From positions 1 through 64,000 of the forward strand of contig OZ037844.1 of NCBI GenBank assembly GCA_964035575.1: a stretch of 64,000 nucleotides of DNA, given 5' to 3'. The notes beneath the pieces were generated by a model. The model was not told the origin of the DNA and did not search any database. It was given only the letters and a program-made list of their open reading frames with translations. The translations under genes were made by a program, and so were the position numbers. The DNA is from Rhynchopus sp. YZ270_cl-10 (taxonomy: Eukaryota). Below, one piece after another: positions 1 to 11,929 of the stretch; the first letter of the stretch is position 1; each line of letters opens with the position of its first letter.

Positions 1-669
1 CGCCTCCATCATTTTACTTGCTTTTATTTTTTTTAGGGAGTTAGGCAAGTCATTGTATTGTGTAATCTGTGGTGAGGAGAGTGGTGGAGGTGGGATATGA
101 AAGCAGATTAAATAGAAATGGGGTGCAGGTGAGGTAGACCTCTTTTTTTTCGTTCTGTTATTTATACTGTCTTTTTTCCCTTCTTGCGTTATTTGCTTTC
201 GATATCTATGTGGAACCCCCCCATATGGCCTTTCTTTCTCTATATTTCGTTAGTTTTTACAGTTCGTTCCTTGCCTTCTTGGGCCAGTCTGTGCTGGGCC
301 CAAAATATTTTTTATTACTCAAGAGAAATGACGTTTTCCGTAAGAAGTGATCTAATTGCACGCAAAGGACGCGTGAGTTACGGAAAACGGCTGATCTCGA
401 AGAAGTCTACACGACACATAAAATATGCATTCTACTGTACAGAAAATGCTGTAAATATTTAACAAAATGTATTCTTTCGCTGAAAAATGTCTTTGTAAAA
501 GGAAAATACTTATGAGGGAAAATGCTTTCCCTGCTAAATCACATTAACAATAGATAAAGGAGGAAATATTGAATTCTACAACTGGTATTACTAAGGCATG
601 TCACGTGTAGTACACGTTCATGAGAATTTTGATTACACCTGAAGGTCACTATAAGAAATACTAGTGGCC

Positions 670-2565
670 TTAAGGTCTAGCCAAGTTCTGATGAACCGTT
701 ACTCTACCTGACATGGACGTTTGATACCAGTTTGCGAACGCGACGCGGTCAGCGTCGCTTTTGTTCTTGATTCTGGAGTAGTGATCCCCCTCGTCAAGGA
801 GGATCACTAGCCCCGTCTTCGAGTACGACAGGCTGTCCTGTTGAGCAGTGGCGTGGTACTCCGTGGCTCGTTTGAAGGTGGAGAGGCCATCAATCTGCTC
901 GTGATGGATTATTATGATTCCAACATGATAAAGCATCACGATCAGCTTGATTCCCTCTTCCTCCAGTCGAGCCTGCGCTTTTGTTTGTCTCCTTGCGAAG
1001 TCCACCCACTCCCCGTGTTTTTTCTTGTTCAGAGCAGCCTTCAGCCGAATAAAGCACACGTCAGGTGTGCCTGTACTCAGCCACAGGGGCTCGTTGAACA
1101 AGGAACGGCGCAGAGCGCCGTTCGACCTCACTTGCGCGAGGCTGGGGTGTGGTAGCATCCTGACTGCAGTCAGGATGCTGTCACCATCGCTACTCGTAGA
1201 GTAGATGGTGACAGCCACCTCCGTTTCCAGGAACGCAGCGATGACCAGAGTAGCTTTAGCCGCTACTGGAGGCACAAAAGCAAGGGCGCTGCCCTGTTCT
1301 GCGTTGTGGCGTCTTTCCCACGCATTAGCGTAGGCGCGTCTCCTGTCGTTCTCCTCGTTAGCGAGGACGCGCTGCGTTCTGCCCCCTGTGCCACCACGCA
1401 CACGCGTAAGGTGGTTGTGGCACCAGAGGCTCCTAGTCGTTAGGAGCCTCTGGGGGCAGCTGACTGGGGTGTCAGCTGCCTTTTTTGGAGGGGGGGGTAA
1501 CAGAGACCCCCCCCCCCCTCTGTTCTCGTCACGAGCACCAGACATGTCTGTCTGGTGTCGTGCTTGTGGGGGAGCGGGACTAGTCCCTCGTCCCCGGGGG
1601 CGATGCCCGCAGTAGCCAACATTTTAAGTTGGTCTGCGTTTGGCACCTCCCCCGTTCCCACCTCGTATGGGACGCAACCGTCGGTTGCGACCCCATACCC
1701 CTCCCCCTTAACCCCCTCCCCCTTAACCCCCTCCCCCCTAACCCCCACCCTTACACTCACCCACCTCCCCGATGCCACCTCCACCTCTTTGCCCCTCCCC
1801 CCCTCTCCCCCCTTTTCCTCGTACTCCTCGTCGCTGCCGGCTCCCTGCGACGACACGGACTCTCTCCAGTCCGTGTCCGTGTCCTCCTTCCCGGCGTACG
1901 CCTCCAGCATTTTATGCTGGATTTGGCGTGTCCTGGCCAGGATCGCCTGTTTCTGAGAAAAATAAAATAGCATGACAAAAATAGGTACAATACAATTAAA
2001 ATACATACTTTTTCTTTCCACTCGGGTTCTTCTTCTGAGCTTACCGTAGCCTCAACTTCGAATCTGAGGGACATACTCTCCTGTATAGTGTTGTAATTCT
2101 TGGGATAAAGGGGGAGCTAATATAGGGGAGAATTATATAACATACCCTCGGTGGCTCCTCCGTTGCCTGCATGGCGGCTTCTAGCCGCGCCTTCGCCTGC
2201 ACCTTCACCACTGACAGGCGTTGTCTGGTGGCGGTCTCTGTGATGGGGGATTAATAACTACGTACTTAATTAAAAACGATGTAATAATGTATGAGGGAAT
2301 ACATACCTGAGGCAGTGTTGGTGGTGGTGGTGGGGCTCCGCGGCATGACGGAGGTGGGGGCGTCGGGGGCGCCGGGGGCGCCGGGGGAGAATGAGGACAT
2401 ATTCCCCACCGACGACCCCCCGGCGGACGCGGAGGACACTGTCGCCGCCCGCTTGCGCTTCCTCTTCCTTCTCGTCGCCGCCTTTGGGGCTGGGGCTGGG
2501 GCCTGAATCGCCGCCATTGGGGGTGGGGCTGGGACCGGCCGTCTCCGCGCCATCTTCACCCTCAT
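670..2565 (-). CDS. Cassette gene B, copy 1: spliced hypothetical protein of unknown function (basic NLS-like RRKRKRKR N-terminus, acidic/Gly-rich middle, globular C-terminus)
   Basis: ATG at 2565. Removing GTATG..CAG introns at 2238-2306 (69 nt), 2081-2145 (65 nt) and 1953-2008 (56 nt) joins the exons in frame (..NTAS-ETATRQ..PPR-ESMSL..WKEK-KQAILA). One frameshift in the C12 run at 1507-1518 separates this from the 670-1545 ORF. Confidence 0.7.
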
Positions 2566-2775
2566 TGTGTGTGTACGTCTGATGGGATGTGATGAGGATT
2601 AAAAAGTGTATCTGATGATAAACTAAAGTAAAAAGGGGAGGGTATAGGGGTTCTTTATATTTCATTTAGCTCAAACATTATTTGGAAGAGAGGGGGGAGG
2701 CTGGAGGTGATCTAGGGGGACATGTCTGAAAAATAAAAATTTAGTAAACAAAACAAAAATATATAAAAATAGTGC

Positions 2776-4414
2776 TTATCTCGCTTTATGCATGATTTTG
2801 GCGCTTGCGTGCACTGCACGCCCTTCTTTTCGTTGTTTCCATTTGGAGGGTATTCTCTTGTGGCAGCTGTTATGGCATGCCACAAGAGTGGTGCATGAAG
2901 CGCAGCAATTAAAGCCGCACTCCATGCACCACTGCTTTTTTTCCTCCGTGCCCATTTTTTGGTAGGCATCAAGCCACTGCTTTTTAGCAGCGGCTTCTTC
3001 TCTCTCTCTTTTGGTCTGTTTTTTTGTTTCTACTTTTTTTTCTTTTTTGGTTTCTTCTTCGCTTTCCTTTTTGGTTTCTGTTTTTTTTATATCACATCCT
3101 ACCCTTCTTTTTTTTTCACTATTTTGTGCGGAGCTGGGGGGGGGTGTCGTACGGCAGTGCGTACATCTGGGGTGGGAGGCAGGGGGAGGGCGAGGTGGTG
3201 GTGTTCTCGCGCCTGGGTTGTCCTGTTTCCCTTTTTCTTTTTCTTCCCGGCCTATTCGTTTCCGTATACACCCAGTCCCACTCCTGGGACTGGGAGTCCT
3301 TTCCCTCGGACCACGCCTGGAACTGGTCCTGGGGTTTACCCCTCCTTTTCTTTGCTTTTTTTTCTCTGTTTTTTTCCGCCTCTACCGCAGCCTCGAGCTC
3401 GGGGAGGCCCCGCACCCCTCCTGCCACCCACAGGGCCGTCCGGAGACGGGCCCACGGAACCGACATGGTGGCGTGGGGGAACGTCAGCTCGGACGGCCCG
3501 GCGTGGGGGTGGCTGTCGGGGGGCGGCTGCGGCTCTCCCGGTCCGCTCACGCTCACGGACCCTGACGCGCGCTGCGTGTCCTCGTCCTCTGGGCGTTTCA
3601 GTGTGTCCGTCAACAGTGAATGGATCTGTGATGTTTTGGTATAGTAATATAGAAGGTGGGAGGTTTGAGCACATACCTTGCTGTCGTCGCTGATGATCAG
3701 CTCTGACGACAGCATGAGGGTCGCGACGATCCTCCGACCGTTCGCGACGACGCGTTTCGCGTCTTCCCTCTGCTGCTTCTCCTCCTGTGCGGTTGGGACG
3801 TACGTCCCAAATCCGAGGCTGCGGACCTCGGGAGCTGTAGTAAGGGGGAATAATATAAATATGAGGAAACGCATAGGTAATGTATAATAAGACATACGGA
3901 GCTCGTACTCCCTCTTCGCCTGTCGTGCCGGTCGGCACGCCAGCTCCAGCCTACGCTGGAGGTGGGGTCGCCACGCCTCCTCGACCACTCCATTCTCGGA
4001 GTGGTCGAGTGCTGCCTGGAACTCAAATTCCAGGCAGCTCGGCGGCGGCTGCTCCCCCTGGGGTCCGTACTCCTCGCGCTGTAAAAAGTAGTATGAATTA
4101 TATATGTGGTACTTAGTGTATATTCATACCTCGTACGGATCCCCCTTCTTCCTGTTGCGCTCGGTGGACCGATCCGCCAGCACTCCGTCTACTAGCCGGA
4201 GCAGTACTCCTTGCTGCTCGTAGTATTCCACCTTCTTGTTCAGCGTGCGGTACACCTTCCGTATCGCTATGACGGGGTCACCTGTAATGTTGTTTAGTAG
4301 TACATAGAGTATAGACCAATTATTATGGTATTGCTGTAATATTTATCAAATAATAGAATGTGTATAACCTATAATTAGAACATTGTCACTTGAATAATAT
4401 ATCAACGCTTCCAT
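2776..4414 (-). CDS. Cassette gene A, copy 1: spliced hypothetical protein with Lys/Glu-rich region and C-terminal Cys/His cluster; frameshifted in a G run near 3140
   Basis: GTATG..CAG introns at 4079-4129 (51 nt), 3835-3897 (63 nt) and 3626-3676 (51 nt). Further acceptor at 4282. The start at 4414 is tentative. The C-terminus WCMECGFNCCASCTTLVACHNSCH is in frame in copy 2. Confidence 0.65.
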
Positions 4415-6832
4415 GCGCATGTAGTGAGGAGTGCTACGTGCGCACGTAGTGTATAGTGTACTGTGCGCACGTGGTGCGCACGTAGTGTATAGTGATACGT
4501 GCGCACGTGGTGCGCACGCTGTGTACAGTGTTCCGTGCGCACGTAGTGAAGAGTTTACTGTGCGCACGTGGTGCGCACGTAGTGTATAGTGTTCTGTGCG
4601 CACGTAGTGAAGAGTTTACTGTGCGCACGTGGTGCGCACGTAGTGTATAGTGATACGTGCGCACGTGGTGCGCACGCTGTGTATAGTGTTCTGTGCGCAC
4701 GTAGTGAAGAGTTTACTGTGCGCACGTGGTGCGCACGTAGTGTATAGTGATACGTGCGCACGTGGTGCGCACGTAGTGTATAATGATACGTGCGCACGTG
4801 GTGCGCACGCTGTGTATAGTGTTCCGTGCGCACGTAGTGAAGAGTTTACTGTGCGCACGTGGTGCGCACGTAGTGTATAGTGATACGTGCGCACGTGGTG
4901 CGCACGCTGTGTATAGTGTTCCGTGCGCACGTAGTGAAGAGTTTACTGTGCGCACGTGGTGCGCACGTAGTGTATAGTGATACGTGCGCACGTGGTGCGC
5001 ACGCTGTCTATAGTGTTCTGTGCGCACGTAGTGAAGAGTTTACTGTGCGCACGTAGTGTTTAGTGATACGTGCGCACGTCGTGCATAGAGTACTGTGCGC
5101 ACGTGGTGCGCACGCTGTGTCTAGTGTTCCGTGCGCACGTGGTGCGCACGTAGTGAAGAGTGAACTGTGCGCACGCTGTGTTATGTGTACTGTGCGCATG
5201 CTGTGTATGGTGAACTGTGCGCACGTAGTGTATGGTGTACTGTGCGCACGTAGTGAAGAGTGAGCTGTGCGCACACTGTGTGTAGTGTACTGTGCGCACG
5301 CTGTGTACGGTGAACTGTGCGCACGTAGTGTATGGTGTACTGTGCGCACGTAGTGAAGAGTGAACTGTGCACACAGTGAACTATGCGCACACTGTGTGTA
5401 GTGTACTGTGCGCACGCTGTGTATGGTGAACTGTGCGCACGTAGTGTATGGTGTACTGTGCGCACGTAGTGAAGAGTGAACTGTGTGCACGCTGTGTATG
5501 GTGAACTGTGCGCACGTAGTGTATGGTGAACTGTGCGCACGTAGTGAAGAGTGAACTGTGCGCACGCTGTGTATGGTGAACTGTGCGCACGTAGTGTATG
5601 GTGAACTGTGCGCACGTAGTGAAGAGTGAACTGTGCGCACACTGTGTATAGTGTACTGTGCGCACGTAGTGTAGTGATACGTGCGCACCACGTGCGCACT
5701 GTACTCTATACATTACGCGCGCACAGTACACCATACACAGTGTGCGCACAGTTCACTCTTCACTACGTGCGCACAGTTCACCATACACAGCGTGCGCACA
5801 GTACACTATACACAGTGTGCGCACAGTACTCTATACACTACGTGCGCACAGTTCACCATACACAGCGTGCGCACAGTACACCATACACAGCGTGCGCACA
5901 GTAAACTATACACAGTGTGCGCACAGTACGCTATACACAGCGTGCGCACAGTTCACTCTTCACTACGTGCGCACAGTACACCATACACAGCGTGCGCACA
6001 GTAAACTATACACAGTGTGCGCACAGTACTCTATACACAGCGTGCGCACAGTTCAGTCTTCACTACGTGCGCATAGTACACCATACACAGCGTGCGCACA
6101 GTAAACTATACACAGTGTGCGCACAGTACGCTATACACAGCGTGCGCACAGTTCACTCTTCACTACGTGCGCACAGTACACCATACACAGCGTGCGCACA
6201 GTAAACTATACACAGTGTGCGCACAGTACTCTATACACAGCGTGCGCACAGTTCAGTCTTCACTACGTGCGCATAGTACACCATACACAGCGTGCGCACA
6301 GTAAACTATACACAGCGTGCGCACAGTTCACTCTTCACTACGTGCGCACAGTACACCATACACAGCGTGCGCACAGTAAACTATACACAGTGTGCGCACA
6401 GTACTCTATACACAGCGTGCGCACAGTTCAGTCTTCACTACGTGCGCATAGTACACCATACACAGTGTGCGCACAGTACTCTCTTCACAGCGTGCGCACA
6501 GTTCAGTCTTCACTACGTGCGCACAGTACACCATACACAGCGTGCGCACAGTTCACTCTTCACTACGTGCGCACAGTACACCATACACTACGTGCGCACA
6601 GTACACTATACACAGCGTGCGCACCACGTGCGCACAGTACACTCTTCACAGCGTGCGCACAGTACACTCTACACAGCGTGCGCACCACGTGCGCACAGTA
6701 AACTCTTCACTACGTGCGCACGGAACACTATACACAGCGTGCGCACCACGTGCGCACGTATCACTATACACTACGTGCGCACAGTACACTATACACAGCG
6801 TGCGCATGTATCACCATACACTACATGCGCAC
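4413..6832. repeat. Palindromic satellite: GTGCGCAC cores every 25 bp (some 11-bp doublets), two opposed arms meeting near 5685
   Basis: Left arm monomers e.g. gtgcgcac-gtagtgaagagtgaact; right arm carries the reverse complements, e.g. agttcactcttcactac-gtgcgcac. Higher-order periods of ~97 bp (4430-5030) and 100/200 bp (5880-6300). Confidence 0.97.
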
Positions 6833-6849
6833 GTAACACGATACCCTAC

Positions 6850-6982
6850 GTTCCGCACCCCACAGCACCTCTTACTCCTCCTCCTGCATGCACAGTCAGT
6901 GCACACCTCACCTGTGCGTTCCGCACACCATAGCACCTCTTACTCCTCCTCCTGCATGCACAGCCAGTGCACACCTCACCTG
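6850..6982. repeat. Two 68-bp-period direct repeats at the inner edge of the satellite arm
   Basis: gttccgcac..agcacctcttactcctcctcctgcatgcacag.cagtgcacacctcacctg at 6850 and 6918. Confidence 0.9.
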
Positions 6983-7094
6983 GGTTACACTTCGTATTTG
7001 CAAAAAATAAAAAAAAAACAAAGAGAATGAGGAACTAACAAGGTTAAGCCTGTGAACAGGCTGAAATAGAAAAACAAGCCCGAGAGGGACCTGT

Positions 7095-7529
7095 TCATGA
7101 CGGACCTAGGTGACACTGATGCTGGCACCCTTCCCATGGTGCGGGCGGAGGAGTAGGCGCGAAGCGTGCTGCTGCGGAGGATAGCAAGGAAGACCCAACA
7201 TCTTCGTGGACGTTCACATAGGTGAAGGAAAGACGTCGTGTGGGATGTGCGTGCATGACTGACCGGTACGCGTGAAGGATGCGGAGCTGCGGTGGGAGCG
7301 GACCCATGCGGCTAAGCAGAGTTTGCGCCTCTTGTAAGGAGGCATCATGAGCCGAGAATCCGGAGTGTTGAAATGACATACGAAGAAAAAGTAATAAAAA
7401 GGGGTAAAAGTTACATACCGCTGTTGTCTTCTCCGTCTCCTTCGCTGCTGCTGGGACTGAGGATTGTCCCAGGAGGGGGGGTGGCGTATGAGCCGACCCC
7501 GCCTCCGCCTCCGCCTCCGCCTCCATCAT
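7095..7529 (-). CDS. Cassette gene C: small hypothetical protein (MMEAEAEAEAG...), possibly one intron
   Basis: Open frame from ATG 7529 to 7095. GTATG donor at 7418 followed by a pyrimidine-rich stretch, acceptor uncertain. The same start is at position 12 in copy 1. Confidence 0.4.
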   Translation of the reverse strand: MMEAEAEAEAGSAHTPPPLLGQSSVPAAAKETEKTTAVCNFYPFLLLFLRMSFQHSGFSAHDASLQEAQTLLSRMGPLPPQLRILHAYRSVMHAHPTRRLSFTYVNVHEDVGSSLLSSAAARFAPTPPPAPWEGCQHQCHLGPS

Positions 7530-8186
7530 TTTACTTGCTTTTATTTTTTTTAGGGAGTTAGGCAAGTCATTGTATTGTGTAATCTGTGGTGAGGAGAGTG
7601 GTGGAGGTGGGATATGAAAGCAGATTAAATAGAAATGGGGTGCAGGTGAGGTAGACCTCTTTTTTTTCGTTCTGTTATTTATACTGTCTTTTTTCCCTTC
7701 TTGCGTTATTTGCTTTCGATATCTATGTGGAACCCCCCCATATGGCCTTTCTTTCTCTATATTTCGTTAGTTTTTACAGTTCGTTCCTTGCCTTCTTGGG
7801 CCAGTCTGTGCTGGGCCCAAAATATTTTTTATTACTCAAGAGAAATGACGTTTTCCGTAAGAAGTGATCTAATTGCACGCAAAGGACGCGTGAGTTACGG
7901 AAAACGGCTGATCTCGAAGAAGTCTACACGACACATAAAATATGCATTCTACTGTACAGAAAATGCTGTAAATATTTAACAAAATGTATTCTTTCGCTGA
8001 AAAATGTCTTTGTAAAAGGAAAATACTTATGAGGGAAAATGCTTTCCCTGCTAAATCACATTAACAATAGATAAAGGAGGAAATATTGAATTCTACAACT
8101 GGTATTACTAAGGCATGTCACGTGTAGTACACGTTCATGAGAATTTTGATTACACCTGAAGGTCACTATAAGAAATACTAGTGGCC

Positions 8187-10081
8187 TTAAGGTCTAGCCA
8201 AGTTCTGATGAACCGTTACTCTACCTGACATGGACGTTTGATACCAGTTTGCGAACGCGACGCGGTCAGCGTCGCTTTTGTTCTTGATTCTGGAGTAGTG
8301 ATCCCCCTCGTCAAGGAGGATCACTAGCCCCGTCTTCGAGTACGACAGGCTGTCCTGTTGAGCAGTGGCGTGGTACTCCGTGGCTCGTTTGAAGGTGGAG
8401 AGGCCATCAATCTGCTCGTGATGGATTATTATGATTCCAACATGATAAAGCATCACGATCAGCTTGATTCCCTCTTCCTCCAGTCGAGCCTGCGCTTTTG
8501 TTTGTCTCCTTGCGAAGTCCACCCACTCCCCGTGTTTTTTCTTGTTCAGAGCAGCCTTCAGCCGAATAAAGCACACGTCAGGTGTGCCTGTACTCAGCCA
8601 CAGGGGCTCGTTGAACAAGGAACGGCGCAGAGCGCCGTTCGACCTCACTTGCGCGAGGCTGGGGTGTGGTAGCATCCTGACTGCAGTCAGGATGCTGTCA
8701 CCATCGCTACTCGTAGAGTAGATGGTGACAGCCACCTCCGTTTCCAGGAACGCAGCGATGACCAGAGTAGCTTTAGCCGCTACTGGAGGCACAAAAGCAA
8801 GGGCGCTGCCCTGTTCTGCGTTGTGGCGTCTTTCCCACGCATTAGCGTAGGCGCGTCTCCTGTCGTTCTCCTCGTTAGCGAGGACGCGCTGCGTTCTGCC
8901 CCCTGTGCCACCACGCACACGCGTAAGGTGGTTGTGGCACCAGAGGCTCCTAGTCGTTAGGAGCCTCTGGGGGCAGCTGACTGGGGTGTCAGCTGCCTTT
9001 TTTGGAGGGGGGGGTAACAGAGACCCCCCCCCCCTCTGTTCTCGTCACGAGCACCAGACATGTCTGTCTGGTGTCGTGCTTGTGGGGGAGCGGGACTAGT
9101 CCCTCGTCCCCGGGGGCGATGCCCGCAGTAGCCAACATTTTAAGTTGGTCTGCGTTTGGCACCTCCCCCGTTCCCACCTCGTATGGGACGCAACCGTCGG
9201 TTGCGACCCCATACCCCTCCCCCTTAACCCCCTCCCCCTTAACCCCCTCCCCCCTAACCCCCACCCTTACACTCACCCACCTCCCCGATGCCACCTCCAC
9301 CTCTTTGCCCCTCCCCCCCTCTCCCCCCTTTTCCTCGTACTCCTCGTCGCTGCCGGCTCCCTGCGACGACACGGACTCTCTCCAGTCCGTGTCCGTGTCC
9401 TCCTTCCCGGCGTACGCCTCCAGCATTTTATGCTGGATTTGGCGTGTCCTGGCCAGGATCGCCTGTTTCTGAGAAAAATAAAATAGCATGACAAAAATAG
9501 GTACAATACAATTAAAATACATACTTTTTCTTTCCACTCGGGTTCTTCTTCTGAGCTTACCGTAGCCTCAACTTCGAATCTGAGGGACATACTCTCCTGT
9601 ATAGTGTTGTAATTCTTGGGATAAAGGGGGAGCTAATATAGGGGAGAATTATATAACATACCCTCGGTGGCTCCTCCGTTGCCTGCATGGCGGCTTCTAG
9701 CCGCGCCTTCGCCTGCACCTTCACCACTGACAGGCGTTGTCTGGTGGCGGTCTCTGTGATGGGGGATTAATAACTACGTACTTAATTAAAAACGATGTAA
9801 TAATGTATGAGGGAATACATACCTGAGGCAGTGTTGGTGGTGGTGGTGGGGCTCCGCGGCATGACGGAGGTGGGGGCGTCGGGGGCGCCGGGGGCGCCGG
9901 GGGAGAATGAGGACATATTCCCCACCGACGACCCCCCGGCGGACGCGGAGGACACTGTCGCCGCCCGCTTGCGCTTCCTCTTCCTTCTCGTCGCCGCCTT
10001 TGGGGCTGGGGCTGGGGCCTGAATCGCCGCCATTGGGGGTGGGGCTGGGACCGGCCGTCTCCGCGCCATCTTCACCCTCAT
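8187..10081 (-). CDS. Cassette gene B, copy 2 (same three introns; frameshift in C11 run 9024-9034)
   Basis: Matches 670-2565 apart from homopolymer length. Confidence 0.7.
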
Positions 10082-10291
10082 TGTGTGTGTACGTCTGATG
10101 GGATGTGATGAGGATTAAAAAGTGTATCTGATGATAAACTAAAGTAAAAAGGGGAGGGTATAGGGGTTCTTTATATTTCATTTAGCTCAAACATTATTTG
10201 GAAGAGAGGGGGGAGGCTGGAGGTGATCTAGGGGGACATGTCTGAAAAATAAAAATTTAGTAAACAAAACAAAAATATATAAAAATAGTGC

Positions 10292-11929
10292 TTATCTCGC
10301 TTTATGCATGATTTTGGCGCTTGCGTGCACTGCACGCCCTTCTTTTCGTTGTTTCCATTTGGAGGGTATTCTCTTGTGGCAGCTGTTATGGCATGCCACA
10401 AGAGTGGTGCATGAAGCGCAGCAATTAAAGCCGCACTCCATGCACCACTGCTTTTTTTCCTCCGTGCCCATTTTTTGGTAGGCATCAAGCCACTGCTTTT
10501 TAGCAGCGGCTTCTTCTCTCTCTCTTTTGGTCTGTTTTTTTGTTTCTACTTTTTTTTCTTTTTTGGTTTCTTCTTCGCTTTCCTTTTTGGTTTCTGTTTT
10601 TTTTATATCACATCCTACCCTTCTTTTTTTTTCACTATTTTGTGCGGAGCTGGGGGGGGTGTCGTACGGCAGTGCGTACATCTGGGGTGGGAGGCAGGGG
10701 GAGGGCGAGGTGGTGGTGTTCTCGCGCCTGGGTTGTCCTGTTTCCCTTTTTCTTTTTCTTCCCGGCCTATTCGTTTCCGTATACACCCAGTCCCACTCCT
10801 GGGACTGGGAGTCCTTTCCCTCGGACCACGCCTGGAACTGGTCCTGGGGTTTACCCCTCCTTTTCTTTGCTTTTTTTTCTCTGTTTTTTTCCGCCTCTAC
10901 CGCAGCCTCGAGCTCGGGGAGGCCCCGCACCCCTCCTGCCACCCACAGGGCCGTCCGGAGACGGGCCCACGGAACCGACATGGTGGCGTGGGGGAACGTC
11001 AGCTCGGACGGCCCGGCGTGGGGGTGGCTGTCGGGGGGCGGCTGCGGCTCTCCCGGTCCGCTCACGCTCACGGACCCTGACGCGCGCTGCGTGTCCTCGT
11101 CCTCTGGGCGTTTCAGTGTGTCCGTCAACAGTGAATGGATCTGTGATGTTTTGGTATAGTAATATAGAAGGTGGGAGGTTTGAGCACATACCTTGCTGTC
11201 GTCGCTGATGATCAGCTCTGACGACAGCATGAGGGTCGCGACGATCCTCCGACCGTTCGCGACGACGCGTTTCGCGTCTTCCCTCTGCTGCTTCTCCTCC
11301 TGTGCGGTTGGGACGTACGTCCCAAATCCGAGGCTGCGGACCTCGGGAGCTGTAGTAAGGGGGAATAATATAAATATGAGGAAACGCATAGGTAATGTAT
11401 AATAAGACATACGGAGCTCGTACTCCCTCTTCGCCTGTCGTGCCGGTCGGCACGCCAGCTCCAGCCTACGCTGGAGGTGGGGTCGCCACGCCTCCTCGAC
11501 CACTCCATTCTCGGAGTGGTCGAGTGCTGCCTGGAACTCAAATTCCAGGCAGCTCGGCGGCGGCTGCTCCCCCTGGGGTCCGTACTCCTCGCGCTGTAAA
11601 AAGTAGTATGAATTATATATGTGGTACTTAGTGTATATTCATACCTCGTACGGATCCCCCTTCTTCCTGTTGCGCTCGGTGGACCGATCCGCCAGCACTC
11701 CGTCTACTAGCCGGAGCAGTACTCCTTGCTGCTCGTAGTATTCCACCTTCTTGTTCAGCGTGCGGTACACCTTCCGTATCGCTATGACGGGGTCACCTGT
11801 AATGTTGTTTAGTAGTACATAGAGTATAGACCAATTATTATGGTATTGCTGTAATATTTATCAAATAATAGAATGTGTATAACCTATAATTAGAACATTG
11901 TCACTTGAATAATATATCAACGCTTCCAT
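10292..11929 (-). CDS. Cassette gene A, copy 2 (frame intact through the C-terminal Cys/His cluster)
   Basis: 403-aa ORF 10292-11503 reads through two 3n introns. Same splice signals as copy 1. Start tentative. Confidence 0.7.

Noticed and set aside
4413..6832. CRISPR-like repeat/spacer array
   Set aside because: The core is only 8 bp, linkers are a few recurring related variants rather than unique spacers, there are no cas genes, and the context is eukaryotic.
4346..7030. Many ORFs (MRTEHY.., CAQFT..) in the satellite
   Set aside because: Stop-poor repeat translated in several frames; no sign of real coding.
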